Below, one piece after another: positions 37,812-50,959 of a stretch of 64,000 nucleotides of DNA. Within the stretch, counting starts at the first letter, position 1; each line of letters opens with the position of its first letter. Origin of the DNA: Lama guanicoe (Eukaryota); assembly GCA_013239625.1 (NCBI GenBank), contig MU053482.1:248001-312000 (forward strand). The letters are read 5' to 3'. The position numbers were made by a program, and so were the translations under genes. The notes under the pieces were generated by a model that saw nothing but the letters and a program-made list of their open reading frames with translations, had not been told where the DNA came from and made no database searches.

Positions 37812-38287
37812 TGTGAAAGAAAAATTGTGCAAAGCACATCAGTAAACAAAGAATGCTGAAGCCATCAAGCCCTCAGCGGCTGCTGCCACCCCCCAGGGAA
37901 GACAAGCCTGCAGCCCGGCCTCTGCAGCCACTCACAATGAGGGGACTCAGAATAATTAAGGGCAAGATACTGGCCCTAGATAGCTAGGTGCTTGTCAAAG
38001 GAATGAATTCAATGAGCCCAAATGTTTGCTTCCTCCCTTACATAGAAAAGCACTAAATTCTTTAACTTGAGATGCCTTGTTTTCTTTAGTCAATCTTTTA
38101 TTGTTCCAACTACCTGGTCTTTGTTGTAAAGCTCTTACATGTCCTAGCTCCTCCCCTACCTCTTCAGAGCAGTCCCTCAGAGTGATCTGGGAGGCTGTCA
38201 TCCTGGGCTCGAAGGGGTTCAAGTCCTCAGAAATATCTGCCAAATGTAACTGTCAAGTTTTAGGCTGTGCATTTATTTCAGTCAACA
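37812..38287 (+). mobile_element. ERV1-type solo LTR (same family as 49943-50448)
   Basis: TG...CA ends. Reverse-complement similarity to 49943-50448 (CATCAGTAAACAAAGAATGCT; TGCATTTATTTCAGTCAACA). Confidence 0.75.
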
Positions 38288-39170
38288 GTAGCTTCAGAGG
38301 TACTTAGCAGAGGCAGGTTTGAGGCTAGATTTGGGAGGAGAAATAGACAGGACTTGGTGATGAATGAAACTGAGAGATAAAGGGAGATGAGAAGTCAAAG
38401 ATGACTCAAGTTTCTGGTACCAATGATATTGTTGGTTGAGGCACCTAATCCCCAGATAGAGAGGACTAGAAGACTGCCCAATTCAGAAAGAAAGATCAGA
38501 AGTTCCATTCTAGACATAGTCAAGTTAGAGATGTCTGAACTCAGGTGGAAACTGGAGATATAAATCTGGAATCATCAGCATAGAAAAAGTATTTGAGGCA
38601 ATGAGCATGGCTGAGATCACCTGGCCCTCACGGGGTGCAGGGATGCCTGATTCTGGGTCAAGCTGACCCAAAAAAGATCCCCAAAGAGGTAGCAGATCTT
38701 TCTCATCACTTTGTGGACAGCTAGACTCCCCTTATTTTATTTTTTCGCCTTGGTTAGGAGTGAATCTCTGCATTCTAGCATGGCTTTTAGACTCCTACAG
38801 GCAAGGACCCTGCCCCCACCCCACGGCTTGGGGGACGCGGCCTTGGAGTGTCTTCTTCAGAGTCTGCTGTCTCCTCTGGTGCCTGGGACTGGCTGGGTCA
38901 GCAGTGCTGCCCCGATGGTCATCCCAAATCTGTATCAGGAGCTATGTCTGCCATAGTCCCTACTTCCTCCCCTCAAAAGAAAGCACAGGATTTTTCTAGA
39001 ATGATTCTTGGAGTATGGAAGATCTTCCTAGGTATGTCACAGAACTTACAACCCATAAAAGAAAAGATCAAAATTTTAACAATGTAAAATAGAAATGGCA
39101 AAAACAAGAGAAAAAACAAAAAATCAAACTGGAAAAAAAAAATCGAAACTTTTATTAGTGATAAAGGCTT

Positions 39171-39603
39171 TGTGAAGGAAAAGCCAGGCTGGACTAACAA
39201 GCTAAGTCACAAATCTAAGTGTAACAAGTGTCGGATTACTGATCTGAGTTCTGCTGGGTTAACTCGTAAATCTAAGTTAATTAGTGTTGGTTTGCTGATA
39301 CCCTATTCATGTTTTTTTTTTTCTAGCCAGCTGGATTTTCAAAAAGACATATCTGGCCTTGAAATGTTGGCTTGCTGCCTCCCTGCCTCTACTTTTGTGA
39401 TAATGATGCTGCTAAAGCTGTTCCATGCCTATTGGCCGAATACCCCAAGCTTGTAATTAACCCTATAAAACCTCATGCGCACGTCTTGGAGGTGCTCAGA
39501 GCTTCGGAGTAAAAGCCCCTCTGAGCCAGCCGGCGTAATACATCTGAGTACTCCAACCCTCCGAGTGGTGCTTGTTTCTTGCTGGCCTGTCGTTTCCATA
39601 ACA
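39171..39603 (+). mobile_element. Young ERV1 (gamma-like) solo LTR inserted in an L1 fragment
   Basis: TG...CA with 4-bp TSD GCTT (39167-70, 39604-07). TATAAAA at ~39464; CpGs retained. Confidence 0.85.
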
Positions 39604-39716
39604 GCTTAATTTCTACAGTATAGGAGAAGCTCCTGGAAATTAATAATAATAATACTAGCAGAATAGTAATAATAATCCAATAGCTAAAGAATGCACTGAT
39701 GGCTCAAATATGAAAA

Positions 39717-40332
39717 TGGTGCAGGAAAACAGATGTGGGGCATGAGGAGGGCTGTGTCCCAGGTCTCAGTTGAGCCTCTGGGACATGCCCCGCCAAGTGT
39801 GGGTCCTTGGCTTTGCACAGGGAAGAATTCAAGAGCGAGATGCAGTTGAGTGAAGGTAGATTTATTCAGAGAGATACATTGAAAGGCAAGAGAAAGGCCA
39901 CCAGGTGTGGGGGTTGGGTGCTTAGATTAAAAGTAGGTATACATTCCATAGACAGAATGTGGGCCATCTCCAAAGAGGGAGACAGAGGGGCAGCCGCGAA
40001 GGGCCATGTTGCCAGTTTTTATGGGCTTGGTGGCTTCACATGCTAATAAGTGTAAAGATCAGTCTAGCTAGCCTGGGGAAGGGGCTGGGATTCCCAGGAA
40101 TTTGGCCGTTTCCCACTTTGACCTTTTGTGGCTAGCCTTGGGACTGCCATAGTGCCTGTGGGCATGTTATTCACCATGTTAATATATTACAATTGGCATA
40201 TAATGAAGCTCAAGATCTACTAGAATTTAAATCTCTCATCATCCTGAGCCTCAAGGCCTACTGGGGTTGAATCTTTCACCATTTTGATGTTAATTGCTGT
40301 GGCGTTCCTTGAGTGGCCCCCTTCCTGTCTCA
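39717..40332 (-). mobile_element. MER41-like ERV1 solo LTR, copy A
   Basis: TSD AAAA. It splits the L1 motif ATATGAAAA|GATGCTCAACC and is the reverse complement of 41043-41668. Confidence 0.9.
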
Positions 40333-41042
40333 AAAAGATGCTCAACCTTACTTACAAAAAGAGAAAATGCAAACTAAAACAACTCTGAAGTAAGTTTTAT
40401 CCTATCAGATTAGTGAAGATAATGGTGAGATTGTTAAGAGATGGGCATTCCCAAATATTTCTTTTTGTATTTGAAGAAGATCTCTGGAAAGATATCAAAG
40501 AACCTGGTAATAATGTTTGCCTCTGGGAAAGGGAACTGGTTGTGGAGAGCAGGGATTTTTTTTTTCATTCTATATCCTTTTGTGCCTTTTGAGTTTTGAA
40601 CCGTGTGAATGTGTTGCCTTTTTTTAAAAAAACCTAATAAAAATTTAATTAATAAAATAAATAAATTTAAGGAAATAAATATGGTTATTATCTGAGCCCA
40701 AATCTGTGTTTGCAAACTTGCTTGGAGGGTGCAGCACCTCTGCTTGGTCTAGACAAATCTCATGCACCCAATACAACCCAGTTCAGGTACTGCTTTCCCC
40801 TGAAGTCGTTCTTGACCTCTTAGCCCACACTGACCTCTCCCACTGAATACAGTGATCTGTTTTTCACAGTGTGGGTCAGGTAAATATAAGTGGTAAAAAA
40901 AGCATCAAAGTCAAAATAGAAAGCTTGAATTCTTATCAAGCACTTAAGTCATTCAAAAATTCAACACATTCTCTGAGCTTCTGTGGGCCTCATACTGTGT
41001 GGAGGGAAGAGAGCAGAGAGGGAATATCAAGATAAGTCTAAT

Positions 41043-41668
41043 TGAAACAGTAAGGGGGCAGGGTACAGCCACTCAAGGAACGCCACAGCAATTAACATCA
41101 AAATGGTGAAAGATTCAACCCCAGTAGGCCTTGAGGCTCAGGATGATGAGAGATTTAAATTCTAGTAGATCTTGAGCTTCATTATATGCCAATTGTAATA
41201 TATTAACATGGTGAATAACATGCCCACAGGCACTATGGCAGTCCCAAGGCTAGCCACAAAAGGTCAAAGTGGGAAATGGCCAAATTCCTGGGAATCCCAG
41301 CCCCTTTCCCAGGCTAGCTAGACTGGTCCTTCCACTTATTAGCATATGAAGCCACCAAGCCCATAAAAACCAGCAACATGGCGCCTCGTGGCTGCTTCTC
41401 TCTCTCCCTCTTTGGAGATGGCCCACATTCTGTCTATGGAATGTATACCTACTTTTAATCTAAGCACCCAACCCCCACACCTGGTGGCCTTTCTCTTGCC
41501 TTTCAATGTATCTCTCTGAATAAATCTACCTTCACTCAACTGCAGCTCGCTCTTGAATTCTTCCCTGTGCAAAGCCAAGGACCCACACTTGGCGGGGCAC
41601 GTCCCAGGGGCTCAACTGAGACCTGGGACACAGTCCCCCTCATGCCCCACATCTGTTTTCCTGCATTG
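41043..41668 (+). mobile_element. MER41-like ERV1 solo LTR, copy B
   Basis: TSD TAAT (41039-42, 41669-72); AATAAA at ~41519. The CATTATATGCCAATTGTAATATATTAACATGG...CCCACAGGCACTATGGCAG block resembles MER41. Confidence 0.9.
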
Positions 41669-43009
41669 TAATTAGACCTGGCATTGGAGAGTCGCACATC
41701 GTGACATGGGCTACAGTGCTCTCCAAGAGCCCTGTTCCCTCTCCTTCCTTGGCCCATAGCCAAACTAGATTCCCCAGGCCTCCTTGTCCCACTTCCTGCC
41801 AAGGGGATCTGGGCAGTAGCGGTGGGTACTGTTTCCAGACCTGGTGCATAAAAGCCGCTTCCCAGCCCAGGTCATCTGCATGAGCCCCTCCCCTGCCCCA
41901 CCCTCTTCTGATATCTGGGTCTCAGCAACTTCGGGAGTCATGAGTTGAGTGTGATGGAACCTCTATCCACCTGGTGTCCCTCTCACTTCTCTTTCACCAC
42001 AGATCCACACTGGACAGTGACAAGGGCCAAAAATAAGCCTGAATGGTGTTAAGTCACTGATATTTCAGGACTGTTTCTTGAAGCAGCTAGTGATACTTAT
42101 CCTGATTAATGTACAAGTATGGGAATAGAGAGCTAATAATCCTATAAACCCAAAATTGTCTCCTAACATTACTATGCTCCCCTAATCAAATGGCTTCTGT
42201 TCCATCTATAGCACTATTTTTTACCTTTCCTCAAATCATCAACTTCCCATCCTCACAGTCTTCATTTATGTCTTTATACTAATGGTGATAGAAATCTGCC
42301 TGTCCAGGGACAGAAAGCCAAAGCCTCATCCTTAAGCTAAGGAGGAAAGCCACTTTCTTAGTCATGTTTTACATCTCTAGCTGTCTTCTTACCCAGGCAA
42401 AGGAGTGGAGGAAAGAAACCTTTCTGTTTATTTGCAAAATTACTCATTATGTTACTGGTAGACATTGTAGTGTCACATAAGCTTTCCACCTTTGCAAAAA
42501 AGGTCCCATCTCTGAGGCACATGATCTGAGAGGTTTCCATGGCATTCTGAAACCTACAACGACTTCCCAAATTGGAAGAAATCTGAAGATTTTATAGCCT
42601 GTGTGACTGGCAAGATTTTCACAATGAAATATGAACAGAGAGACAGTGCCATGGGATCACTGAGAGTATGGCCAGGATTTGGACAACCTGGAATTAAATC
42701 CCAAGCCTTGATGCCACCACTCATTGGCTGTATCACTTCGGTCAAGTTGCTTAATCTCTCTCAGTCTCAGTTTCCTGAGAACTGAGGATAATTATAGTAC
42801 CTGTCTCAGGGTCGTGTTGTGATAGTTTAATTAAATTTTCTGATCCTCCTAGGCTTCTCCCCTAATTCTTAGCTGTGAAGATACCAGAACCCTGCTCCAG
42901 AAGCTAATTTTGTAACCGCTCCAGATTTCATAGATTTACTCTCTGACTGCAGCAAGTGAAAATTAGAACTTGATCATTTGCCTCCAAAGAAACGGTGAGA
43001 GAGACAAAT

Positions 43010-43645
43010 TGTTACCAAGACTGCTGCCCCAGGATCATACCCCTGCCCCTCCCTTGAATAGAAACCAATTACTGTTATCTAAGTTTCAGAAGGAAGCTAC
43101 AAAGAAAAAATAAAACAAAACAAAACAAAAAACCAACAGAACTAATTAGAACCAACTAGGCTGAAGATGGCAGAAAATCAGACTTTCAATAGACCTGGAG
43201 CCTCATTATACACTCATTGTGATACGTTAGCATGTTAGATGACACACCCACCAGTGCCAAGACAGCTGACACTTGCAATGACAACAACCGGAAAAGGGGA
43301 CAATTAATACAAGGACTGAAAAGGAGAGTTGCATCCGTTCCAGACCCAAACCACACCTCTGTTCTCAGATAATTCATGAATATTCCTCCCACATTTTTCA
43401 AATCCTTCCCTTTTACTTCTACCCTCCCATATATCTTGTCTCTGCCCAAATTGGGTTGAGAAATTGATTAACAAACTAGGTTCCCACTTCTCCACTCTTT
43501 GGCCATGAATATCTGCTCCAGTCTCAGCATTGGTTTCATTATTGACTGCATGAATCTGATTGGAAAAAGAACACCCCTGGCCTAGACAAGTGTCTCAGCC
43601 CAGGCTAGGGCCCCAGGGTGGGTCTGGTCGACCACGTCAGTAACA
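43010..43645 (+). mobile_element. MER41-like ERV1 LTR
   Basis: TG...CA. CCTCATTATACACTCATTGTGATACGTTAGCATGTTAGATGACACACCCACCAGTGCC resembles the recalled MER41 core. Confidence 0.75.
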
Positions 43646-44142
43646 AGTGGACTTCAGCAGAAAGGATACCACAGACCGGGCAAGTTCTGGAAAGCCACCT
43701 GCCCTGCCCGCACAGGACAGCTGCCCCGGCAGGACTTGGAAAGCAGCCAGCTCTCTAGTGAAGTGCGGCCTCCAGGCCTCAGCCACAGCGGTTTCCAAGT
43801 ATCTTTCAGCGGTTCATGTGTTAAGGGTCTGCTTTCACACAGGAAAGTTAAAGCAGGAAGGCTGCTTTGGGTTGGAGTTCTGCAGCAGATAAAAAGCAAA
43901 AGAAAGGCCGTTATTGGCTACTGGTAACATCTCGGACAGTGTCACAAGGAGGACTAGACACAAGGAATAACTATAAGATACATTTGAAAAAGAAAGAACT
44001 AAAAAGGAACAAAACTTGCAAAAAACAATATACTACCTTCTTGGTTTAGATTCAAGAAAGATAAATACCAAGAGGTAAAGTTCTGAGCCAAGCAGGCAGA
44101 AGATCCTGTTATGGGATGTAGCCTTGTGATAGACAGTGGAAT

Positions 44143-44731
44143 TGTTGCCAGAGCTGCTCCAAGTCTTTGCTCAAAACCCTTCTACCCCCTACTCTTAGCA
44201 GGAGTTAACACAAATCTTTAAGTTAAAGGGCCCACAGATAAGAAAGGAAGGTACAAACAAAAACACCAGATGGAACCAGCTGGGACCAAGGTGGTGGGAC
44301 AAACCTGACCTCCAACCGACCCTGGGTCTCATTATGTGTTGATTTTACTACATCAGCATATTAAATGATACACCTACTAGACATGAAGGACCGAAAAAGG
44401 GTAACAAAGGGGTGGCAATCTACTCCCTCGAAAGCCCTGCCCCTTTCCCAAGAAACTAATGCACACGCCTCCCTTTCATTAGACTCACTTCTCCTCCCTT
44501 TGTCTTTAAAATTAAATCCCTCTCGCCATGTGGACGAGAAGTTGATCTGTGAACTTAGCTGCATTCTCTCCGTTCTTTGGCCACTGAATAAAGCTTGTTC
44601 TGTATAGATCTCAGCTTCAGTTTTGTTCGGCTGCTCGAACCCAAATAGAAAAAGAACCACTCCCGACTGAGACAGAGAGCCTCCTCTGGGTTAGGGCCCA
44701 AGCAAGGTCCATACAACTGAATTCAGCAACA
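44143..44731 (+). mobile_element. MER41-related ERV1 LTR
   Basis: TG...CA, AATAAA at ~44588, and shared blocks with 43010-43645. Confidence 0.7.
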
Positions 44732-44881
44732 GCCTTCCTTATACTTTTAGATGATAGAGGCTGAAATTATCTACCTGGCTCAAGAGGAAGTGCCTCCTTC
44801 CCCCGCAAGGCAAAATGCAAGTGTATTGCAGCTTGGTTTTGTCAGAGTTGCCTGGTCTAAGGGGAAATAGCATAAAGCCAG

Positions 44882-45542
44882 TGAGACAAGAAGGAAGAGG
44901 GCAGGGCACAGTCATTCAAGGGACGACAGAAATTAACACCAAAATGGTGGAAGATTCAACCCCCAGGAAGCCTTGAGGCTCAAGGTGGTGAGAGATCTGA
45001 CTTCTAGTAGAACCTGAGCTTCATTATATGCTCATTGTAGTATATCAACATGGTAAATTACATTCCCACAGGTGCCACGACAGCTTCGAGGCTTACCGTA
45101 AAAGGTCAAAGAGTGGGCGGTGGCCCAATTCCTGGGAATCCCAGCCTCTTCCCCAGGGTGGTTGGAATGATCCTCCCACTTGGTATGTGAAGCTACTGAT
45201 CCCATAAAAACTGGCAATACCACACCTCAGGGCTGCCTCTCTGGCTCTCTCGTTTTCAGACACAGCCCACACTCTGTCTATGGAGTGTGTATCTACTTTC
45301 ACTTTACCCTGAGCACCCAACCCCCACACCTCATGACCTTTCTCTCACCTTCTGAAGCAGCCTACAGTCTATATAGTAGGTATCTCTCTAAATAAATCAC
45401 CTTCACACAACTGTGGCTCGCTCGTGAATTCTTTGCCACATGAAGCCAAGGACCCACACTTGGCAGGGCACATCCCAGGGACTCAACCTAGATCTGGGAC
45501 ACAGCCATCCTCTAGCCCCTCATTTGTTTTTTTCATGAATCA
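44882..45542 (+). mobile_element. MER41-like ERV1 solo LTR, diverged relative of copies A/B
   Basis: TG...CA with TSD CCAG (44878-81, 45543-46). Colinear with 41043-41668. Confidence 0.85.
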
Positions 45543-45765
45543 CCAGAAGGTCATTCTAGAGGGGGTCATTCACAGGGGGCTGAATGTCACAAACTGAAAG
45601 GAGCTAGAGTTTTTGATGCCATTTAAATCTGACAGCAGAACCACTATTTTGCCTATCAGCCCAGATTATTTCCTTGCACCTTGAACCCTCCACTGATGCT
45701 AGGCTGGGTTAGCAAGTGGTTTGTAAAATCAAGGTCCTTCTGCCCCTCTGGTAAAATCATAATAT

Positions 45766-46413
45766 TGTTAAAGCAGGCAGATAGCTAGATACGAGCAAAG
45801 AAAGGGGGACACAGACCAAACGGTAGGAATTGGGCAGAAAGGAGGGGCACAAGCCAAAAGCGGGAAAACATACATCATGTGAGCACCAGGGGTCCCTGGG
45901 CAGAGAAAGAAAAGCAGGAAACTTTGGGCTGATAAGGGGCCACATCTTTTGTCCTGGAGACCAACAAAGAAAGGTCAGAAAAGGCAGGAATTTCTAGCGT
46001 CTGAATGCAACCTTTTGCTCATTATGCCCTCATTTCAATAAAATTAGCCTTGCAGATCAGAAGTACCCAGCATGCACCGACGCCATGACACTTCTGATCC
46101 AGACTAAATAAGGACAAAAATCCCTCCTCCCATTGGGAAGGTGGAGTTGGGATGAAAATCAGGAAATACGACCCCAAGACCTTTCCTCCTCAATGAAAAT
46201 TCCACCCACTCATTTTTACACCCTATGTAACTAACTTGTCAAAGAAACTGAGGGCAGCTGCTCACCTGAGCCTGCCCGCTCTCCCCTTGAGAGTGTACTA
46301 TCCATCCTTTAATAAATCCTCATTTTACTTTTTTTTAACCTCTATAACTTGTCTCTGAAATCTTTCTGAAATGGGACAAGAACCTGGAACACCAGGTGGA
46401 TCCACTGGCAACA
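45766..46413 (+). mobile_element. ERV1 solo LTR
   Basis: TG...CA with TSD ATAT (45762-65, 46414-17); AATAAA at 46311. Confidence 0.85.
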
Positions 46414-47086
46414 ATATGAGTAAAGAGCACTTGTCACCTTGTGTTGGTAGCACTTCCTGTTCAGCCCAGCTTCCTGTGTGAAAACAGGAAGTTAAAGTCG
46501 CAGGGGTTCCGGAGAGCAGTGAGGGGAGAAGGAAGAGCAAAGAGGGGAGAAAAGGAAGAAAGCCAAACCGGAGTGACAGAGAAGCTGAGAGGAGAGTGCT
46601 TGAAGACAGAGTAATCAAATGTGCCCAATTCTGCTGGTAGATCCAGAAGAGAAAGACTAAGACATGTCTGTTAGATCTCTTATGGTGGAGGTCATTGGTG
46701 CCACAGACGTTTTGGTAGATTGGTGGGGTCAAAACGAGATTGGAGGGTTTTGAAGGACAAGTAAGTGAGGAAGTGGAGACAGCACGTGTGGAGAGCTGTT
46801 TGAGAGAGCAACAGAGGCATAGCTGAAGGAGGAGATCAGGTTAGGTCTACAGAGGGGGCTGAATTTGTTTCGCTTGGTTTGCATCATTCTAATTTTTAAA
46901 GATGGCATGTCAATTGGGTTTTCAGGTTGAGAAGAAGAGGTTGAAGAAATCAGAGAGGGAATGAGACTAAGTCCCTCTAAAATCAAGTTCCTTTGCTGAG
47001 TTGATGATTAACCTCTCTCTCCAAAATATTATTCCGTTTCTTGTCCAACACCTGTTCCCCTCAAGATTCAATCAAATAAAAGAAGG

Positions 47087-47682
47087 GGTTGAACCAATCA
47101 GGACCATGTGGGACCTCCCAGGGATAGAAGCCTCTTCTGTGTCCCCCATTCCTTATTTATAAGAAAAAGACTTTCCGCCTCTAGACCTTCAAAGGGCAAA
47201 TTCAAACAGTTACTAATTAGGAGAGTAAGAGAAGGCAGGAAAAAACAACAGTCCAAGGATGGGGCCTGGGCCTGGCTCCTCCCTGGGGAATGTGCATAAC
47301 AGCATGATACAGATCTCTGAGTTCTTCTACAGGAACGAAGGCCCCTACTCTGGTGGAGAAAGGTAACTTCAGGCTGAGCACAGGTGTGGGGACCCCAGAC
47401 TGGCTGGAACCAGAAGGCTGATGATTGAAATTCCTGGATCACCACCTTGTTACCTCACCACCAACCCAATCAGAGGAGGGTTACGCCCTGCATCCCTCCC
47501 CCCAGATTTTGCCTGTAGAAACTTCTCCCTGAAACCCGTCAGGGAGTTCAGGCCTTCTGAGCATGGACTACCCATTTTCCTTGTGTGGCCTTTCCAATAA
47601 AACTTCCTCTGCTCCAAACTCCGACATTTCAGTTTGTTTGGCATCACTGTGAGTCAGGCATGAGAACTTCATTTTGACCACA
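47087..47682 (+). mobile_element. ERV1-type solo LTR
   Basis: CCAATCAG at ~47467, AATAAA at ~47596, ends in ...GACCACA. 5' boundary approximate. Confidence 0.65.
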
Positions 47683-48562
47683 GGAAAAGGGGGCGATGTG
47701 GCTGAGACTGTCATTGTCCTTGACTAGCCACTCTCCCACCCTCTGTGGTAGTTGAGAGGGATGGGAAAGAGAGCAATACAAAGAAGTCCTGGCCTTCGGT
47801 TAGAAGGAGAGATGCTTCCTCGACTCAGAACTGGGCTCTACCACTTGCTAGTTGTGTGATCTTAGGCAAGTTCCTGAACCTGTCTGTACCCACATTTATC
47901 ATCTATAAAAACAGCGTAAGAGTGGATGCACACAGTACAGTGCTTTATAAGTGTTTGCTGTGGCTGTTAGGACACAGCAGAAGGGAAAGGAGAGGATGGC
48001 TACAGATGTGAGTTGGCTTTTAATTTATATAGCAAATCTATAGATTAATAGATTAGAACATAATTATATGTAATATTTTATGTATAAATAATAATATATA
48101 ATAAAATATAGTAAAAACAACAGTGTTTCTCTGTGGTGGCTCCTAAATTATCTGTGAAGAAAAGGCAAAATCCTGAAATGCAACTGCGTGGTGTGGGGAT
48201 AGAGGAATCAGAGATATAAGAAATTTACAGAGTTATGGGACAATTTTTGTAGCAAAAGATTGGGCAAACTCTAGAGACTAGAGAAAGACAGAAAAGTTGC
48301 CAGGCAGCACTGATGGCCCATGTGAGGCTGTGGCTTATGCATCTACCATCATATCAATCTTTTCACCTGTAGAATTTTCTGTAACAATTTCAGCCACATA
48401 GATTTGATAGTAGAAACGCCAGATGAAAATGACAGAAGAGGAGCAAGGGAGCTGCAGATAACTGTGGAGAATCCTTATAACCTTAAATTATAGTATATGG
48501 TATAGAAAGGATGTGAAGCCAGGGTGGGGCAGATAAAAGAGGGAGAAAAATAATGACAGACT

Positions 48563-48700
48563 TGGCGGGGAGGGTATAGCTCAGTGGTAGAGTGCGTGCT
48601 TAGCATATAGGAGGTCCTCGGTTCAATCGCCAGTGCCTCCATTAATAAATAAATAAACCTAATTCCTACCCCCCAAATTTTTTAAATATTAAAAACAATA
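48563..48700 (+). mobile_element. tRNA-Ala-derived SINE (Vic-1-like) with 11-bp TSD
   Basis: GGGGAGGGTATAGCTCAGTGGTAGAGTGCGTGCTTAGCAT...GGTTCAATCGCCAG. AATGACAGACT at 48552-62 and 48701-11. Confidence 0.88.
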
Positions 48701-49664
48701 AATGACAGACTGAAGTTATCGATGACCTCAGAGAGCTATTAAGGAAGGGGAGGAGGGCTCATCCAGGCTCACCATTCCCGTGCACATGTCCACACAACTA
48801 TACATATTGGTTTTCTAGTTAAATTTCTATTTTCTGGCCAAAAGGTGCCTCCAAGGCTTAGCTTCTGTAGACACTAGAGATGCAAATAAATGTAAATGGT
48901 CCACAGGTTGTGGGACTGAATCCTAGCCCTGTTCCGCCCCACCCCAGTACGGGATGGTCCTTCCAGCATTGCACTCCACCCCAGGTGTCAAAGATCTGAC
49001 TGCCTGCTTCACTGGAGCTCAAGGTATCCTGAGTCACTGAAAGTGGGGTGTCCACATGGGGCAGTGTGGTTGGGGTGAAGCACTGTCTCAGGACACACAC
49101 AGGTACCCTGCATCATTAGTGACATGTGGCACAGTGGGTGGAGAGCCTCCTCCCAGTAATGACTGGGAGATCATCAGCCAACACTGGTAACAGGGGGTGG
49201 TCATGTGACTGTTCACAGGACATCCATAGGGCGTGGCTTCTGTGCAGCTTCCTGATGCTGGCTGACGGAGGCGGTGCGGGCTGCTTGGGCATCTTGGTGC
49301 TGACCCTGGCATAACAATCACTCCCGATCCAGGCTCCCAGCCCACCTCGTCACTACCAGCTCCTTGCTATAGAAGTTCAGTGGATCCTTATCTAGTTTCT
49401 CCAGTGCAAGAATGGGGGATTTGAATTCCTTGCCTATCACCGTTCTGTTCCCTGTGTATTGCAATGGCATAAAATCTGTGCCTTGATCCCTTCCCTTCTT
49501 TATACCCAAAAACTTGTTTGAAAATAAGCAATATACCCAGATACACAGACAGACACACACACACACACCACACTGAACAGTAGCCCTTTGTTTCTATTTG
49601 CATTCCTCCTACTAGAATAATCCTAAATTTCCTTGAGATAATACGCATTTCCCACTGTCTAGAG

Positions 49665-49942
49665 TCCTGCGTGGCAAACATTTCCTCCAAAAGCTCAGGT
49701 GGCAAAACGCTTTAGGTTCCAGGGGCATCAGGTCTCTGTTGCAACCACTCAGCTCTATCACGCTGGTATAAAAGCAGGCACAGACAACAGATAAACAGGT
49801 GAGGGTGGCTGGGTTCCAACACAACTTTATTTACAGGCACTGAAATTTGAATTTCCTGTGACTTTTATATGTCAGAATAATTAATTCTTCTTTTGAATTT
49901 CTTTACTTAAAAACGTAAAAACCATTCTTAGCTTATAGGCTG
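49665..49942 (+). mobile_element. hAT-Charlie MER58B-like DNA transposon, cut off by an LTR
   Basis: GGTCTCTGTTGCAACCACTCAGCTCT...ACTTTATTTACAGGCACTGAAATTTGAATTTC...AAAAACCATTCTTAGCT. Confidence 0.7.
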
Positions 49943-50448
49943 TGTCAACTGAAATAAAATGCACAAACTAAAAGTTGAGCGTTGTGTTTTGTTTGGTGGA
50001 TTTCCTGAGGACTCGAGCCTGAACACAGCCTCTCAGACCATTCCAAGAGACTGTTTCACTCAGGCAAAGGAGAAGCCAGGATATAGGAGTTTTTTTGCAA
50101 CCAAGACCAGGTAGACAGAACATCAAAAGATGACTGTTAATTAAAGAAAACCAGAGATCTCAAGTTAAGGAATTTAGCTTTTCTATATATGGGAGGGTGC
50201 AAAGGTCTGGGCTTATTGAAATCATTCCTTTGATATGCACATAGCTGTCTAGGGCCGGTATCCTGTTCTTTCCTAACCTGAGTTCCCTCAGGGTGCATGG
50301 TTGTGGGTTGCAGCAGAGGCCGGGATGCCTGCTGGTCCGAATCCTGAGTCCCCTACTCTGACCATCAGTGGTGGTGGTAGTGGCTAATGTTTGGTGACCA
50401 TAGCATTCTTTGTTTACTGATAATGGCTGGCAATATTTTTCATTCACA
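49943..50448 (-). mobile_element. ERV1-type solo LTR, antisense relative of 37812-38287
   Basis: TG...CA with near-TSD GCTG/ACTG. Confidence 0.75.
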
Positions 50449-50959
50449 ACTGTCCCCCCTAAAGTGGCACTGCACAAGCAAATACACTGAGGTGTGAGAA
50501 TAAAATATTAGACTGTTAGAAAAGTTTCTTATTTCATTCTAATAATGTTAATTTTAATAATTTTAATAATTTTTCAAGAAAAAAGATACAACAGTAAATT
50601 TATATGTAGTCATTTGTAAACAAATGAATATTTGAGGATGAGTGCTCAAAAATCATTTATTCATAGGAATTTGCAAGTAAAAAGTGTGTTTCTCTCTCCC
50701 AGTAGATGGGCTATATGTCAGGTTGTGGTCCTCTACACCTCTAGCTGGGTGAGGAATGGTCCACAGCCCCAATTCTCTCTACAGATCTATCCCAAAGTCT
50801 AAATCTGGTTGAAGGGTGTCTGGAGGAGAAAATTCATAGGCAAAAGCTCAAGTTGGCCTCCGGGCCACACATCCTCCTCCAATACACTACCAGGTTGAAG
50901 GAGATGGTGCACCTCCATCCTCATCTGCCTCTGGGCATTAACCCTCCATTCAGAATCCA

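Noticed and set aside
39807..41578. Duplicated 79-aa ORF 'MALHREEFKS...' on opposite strands
   Set aside because: Antisense frames of the inverted LTR pair with a TTG start; not genes.
48567..48640. tRNA-Ala gene (also 11418, 13886, 54400 and others)
   Set aside because: A-rich tails, TSDs and stem-breaking mutations show these are tRNA-derived SINEs.
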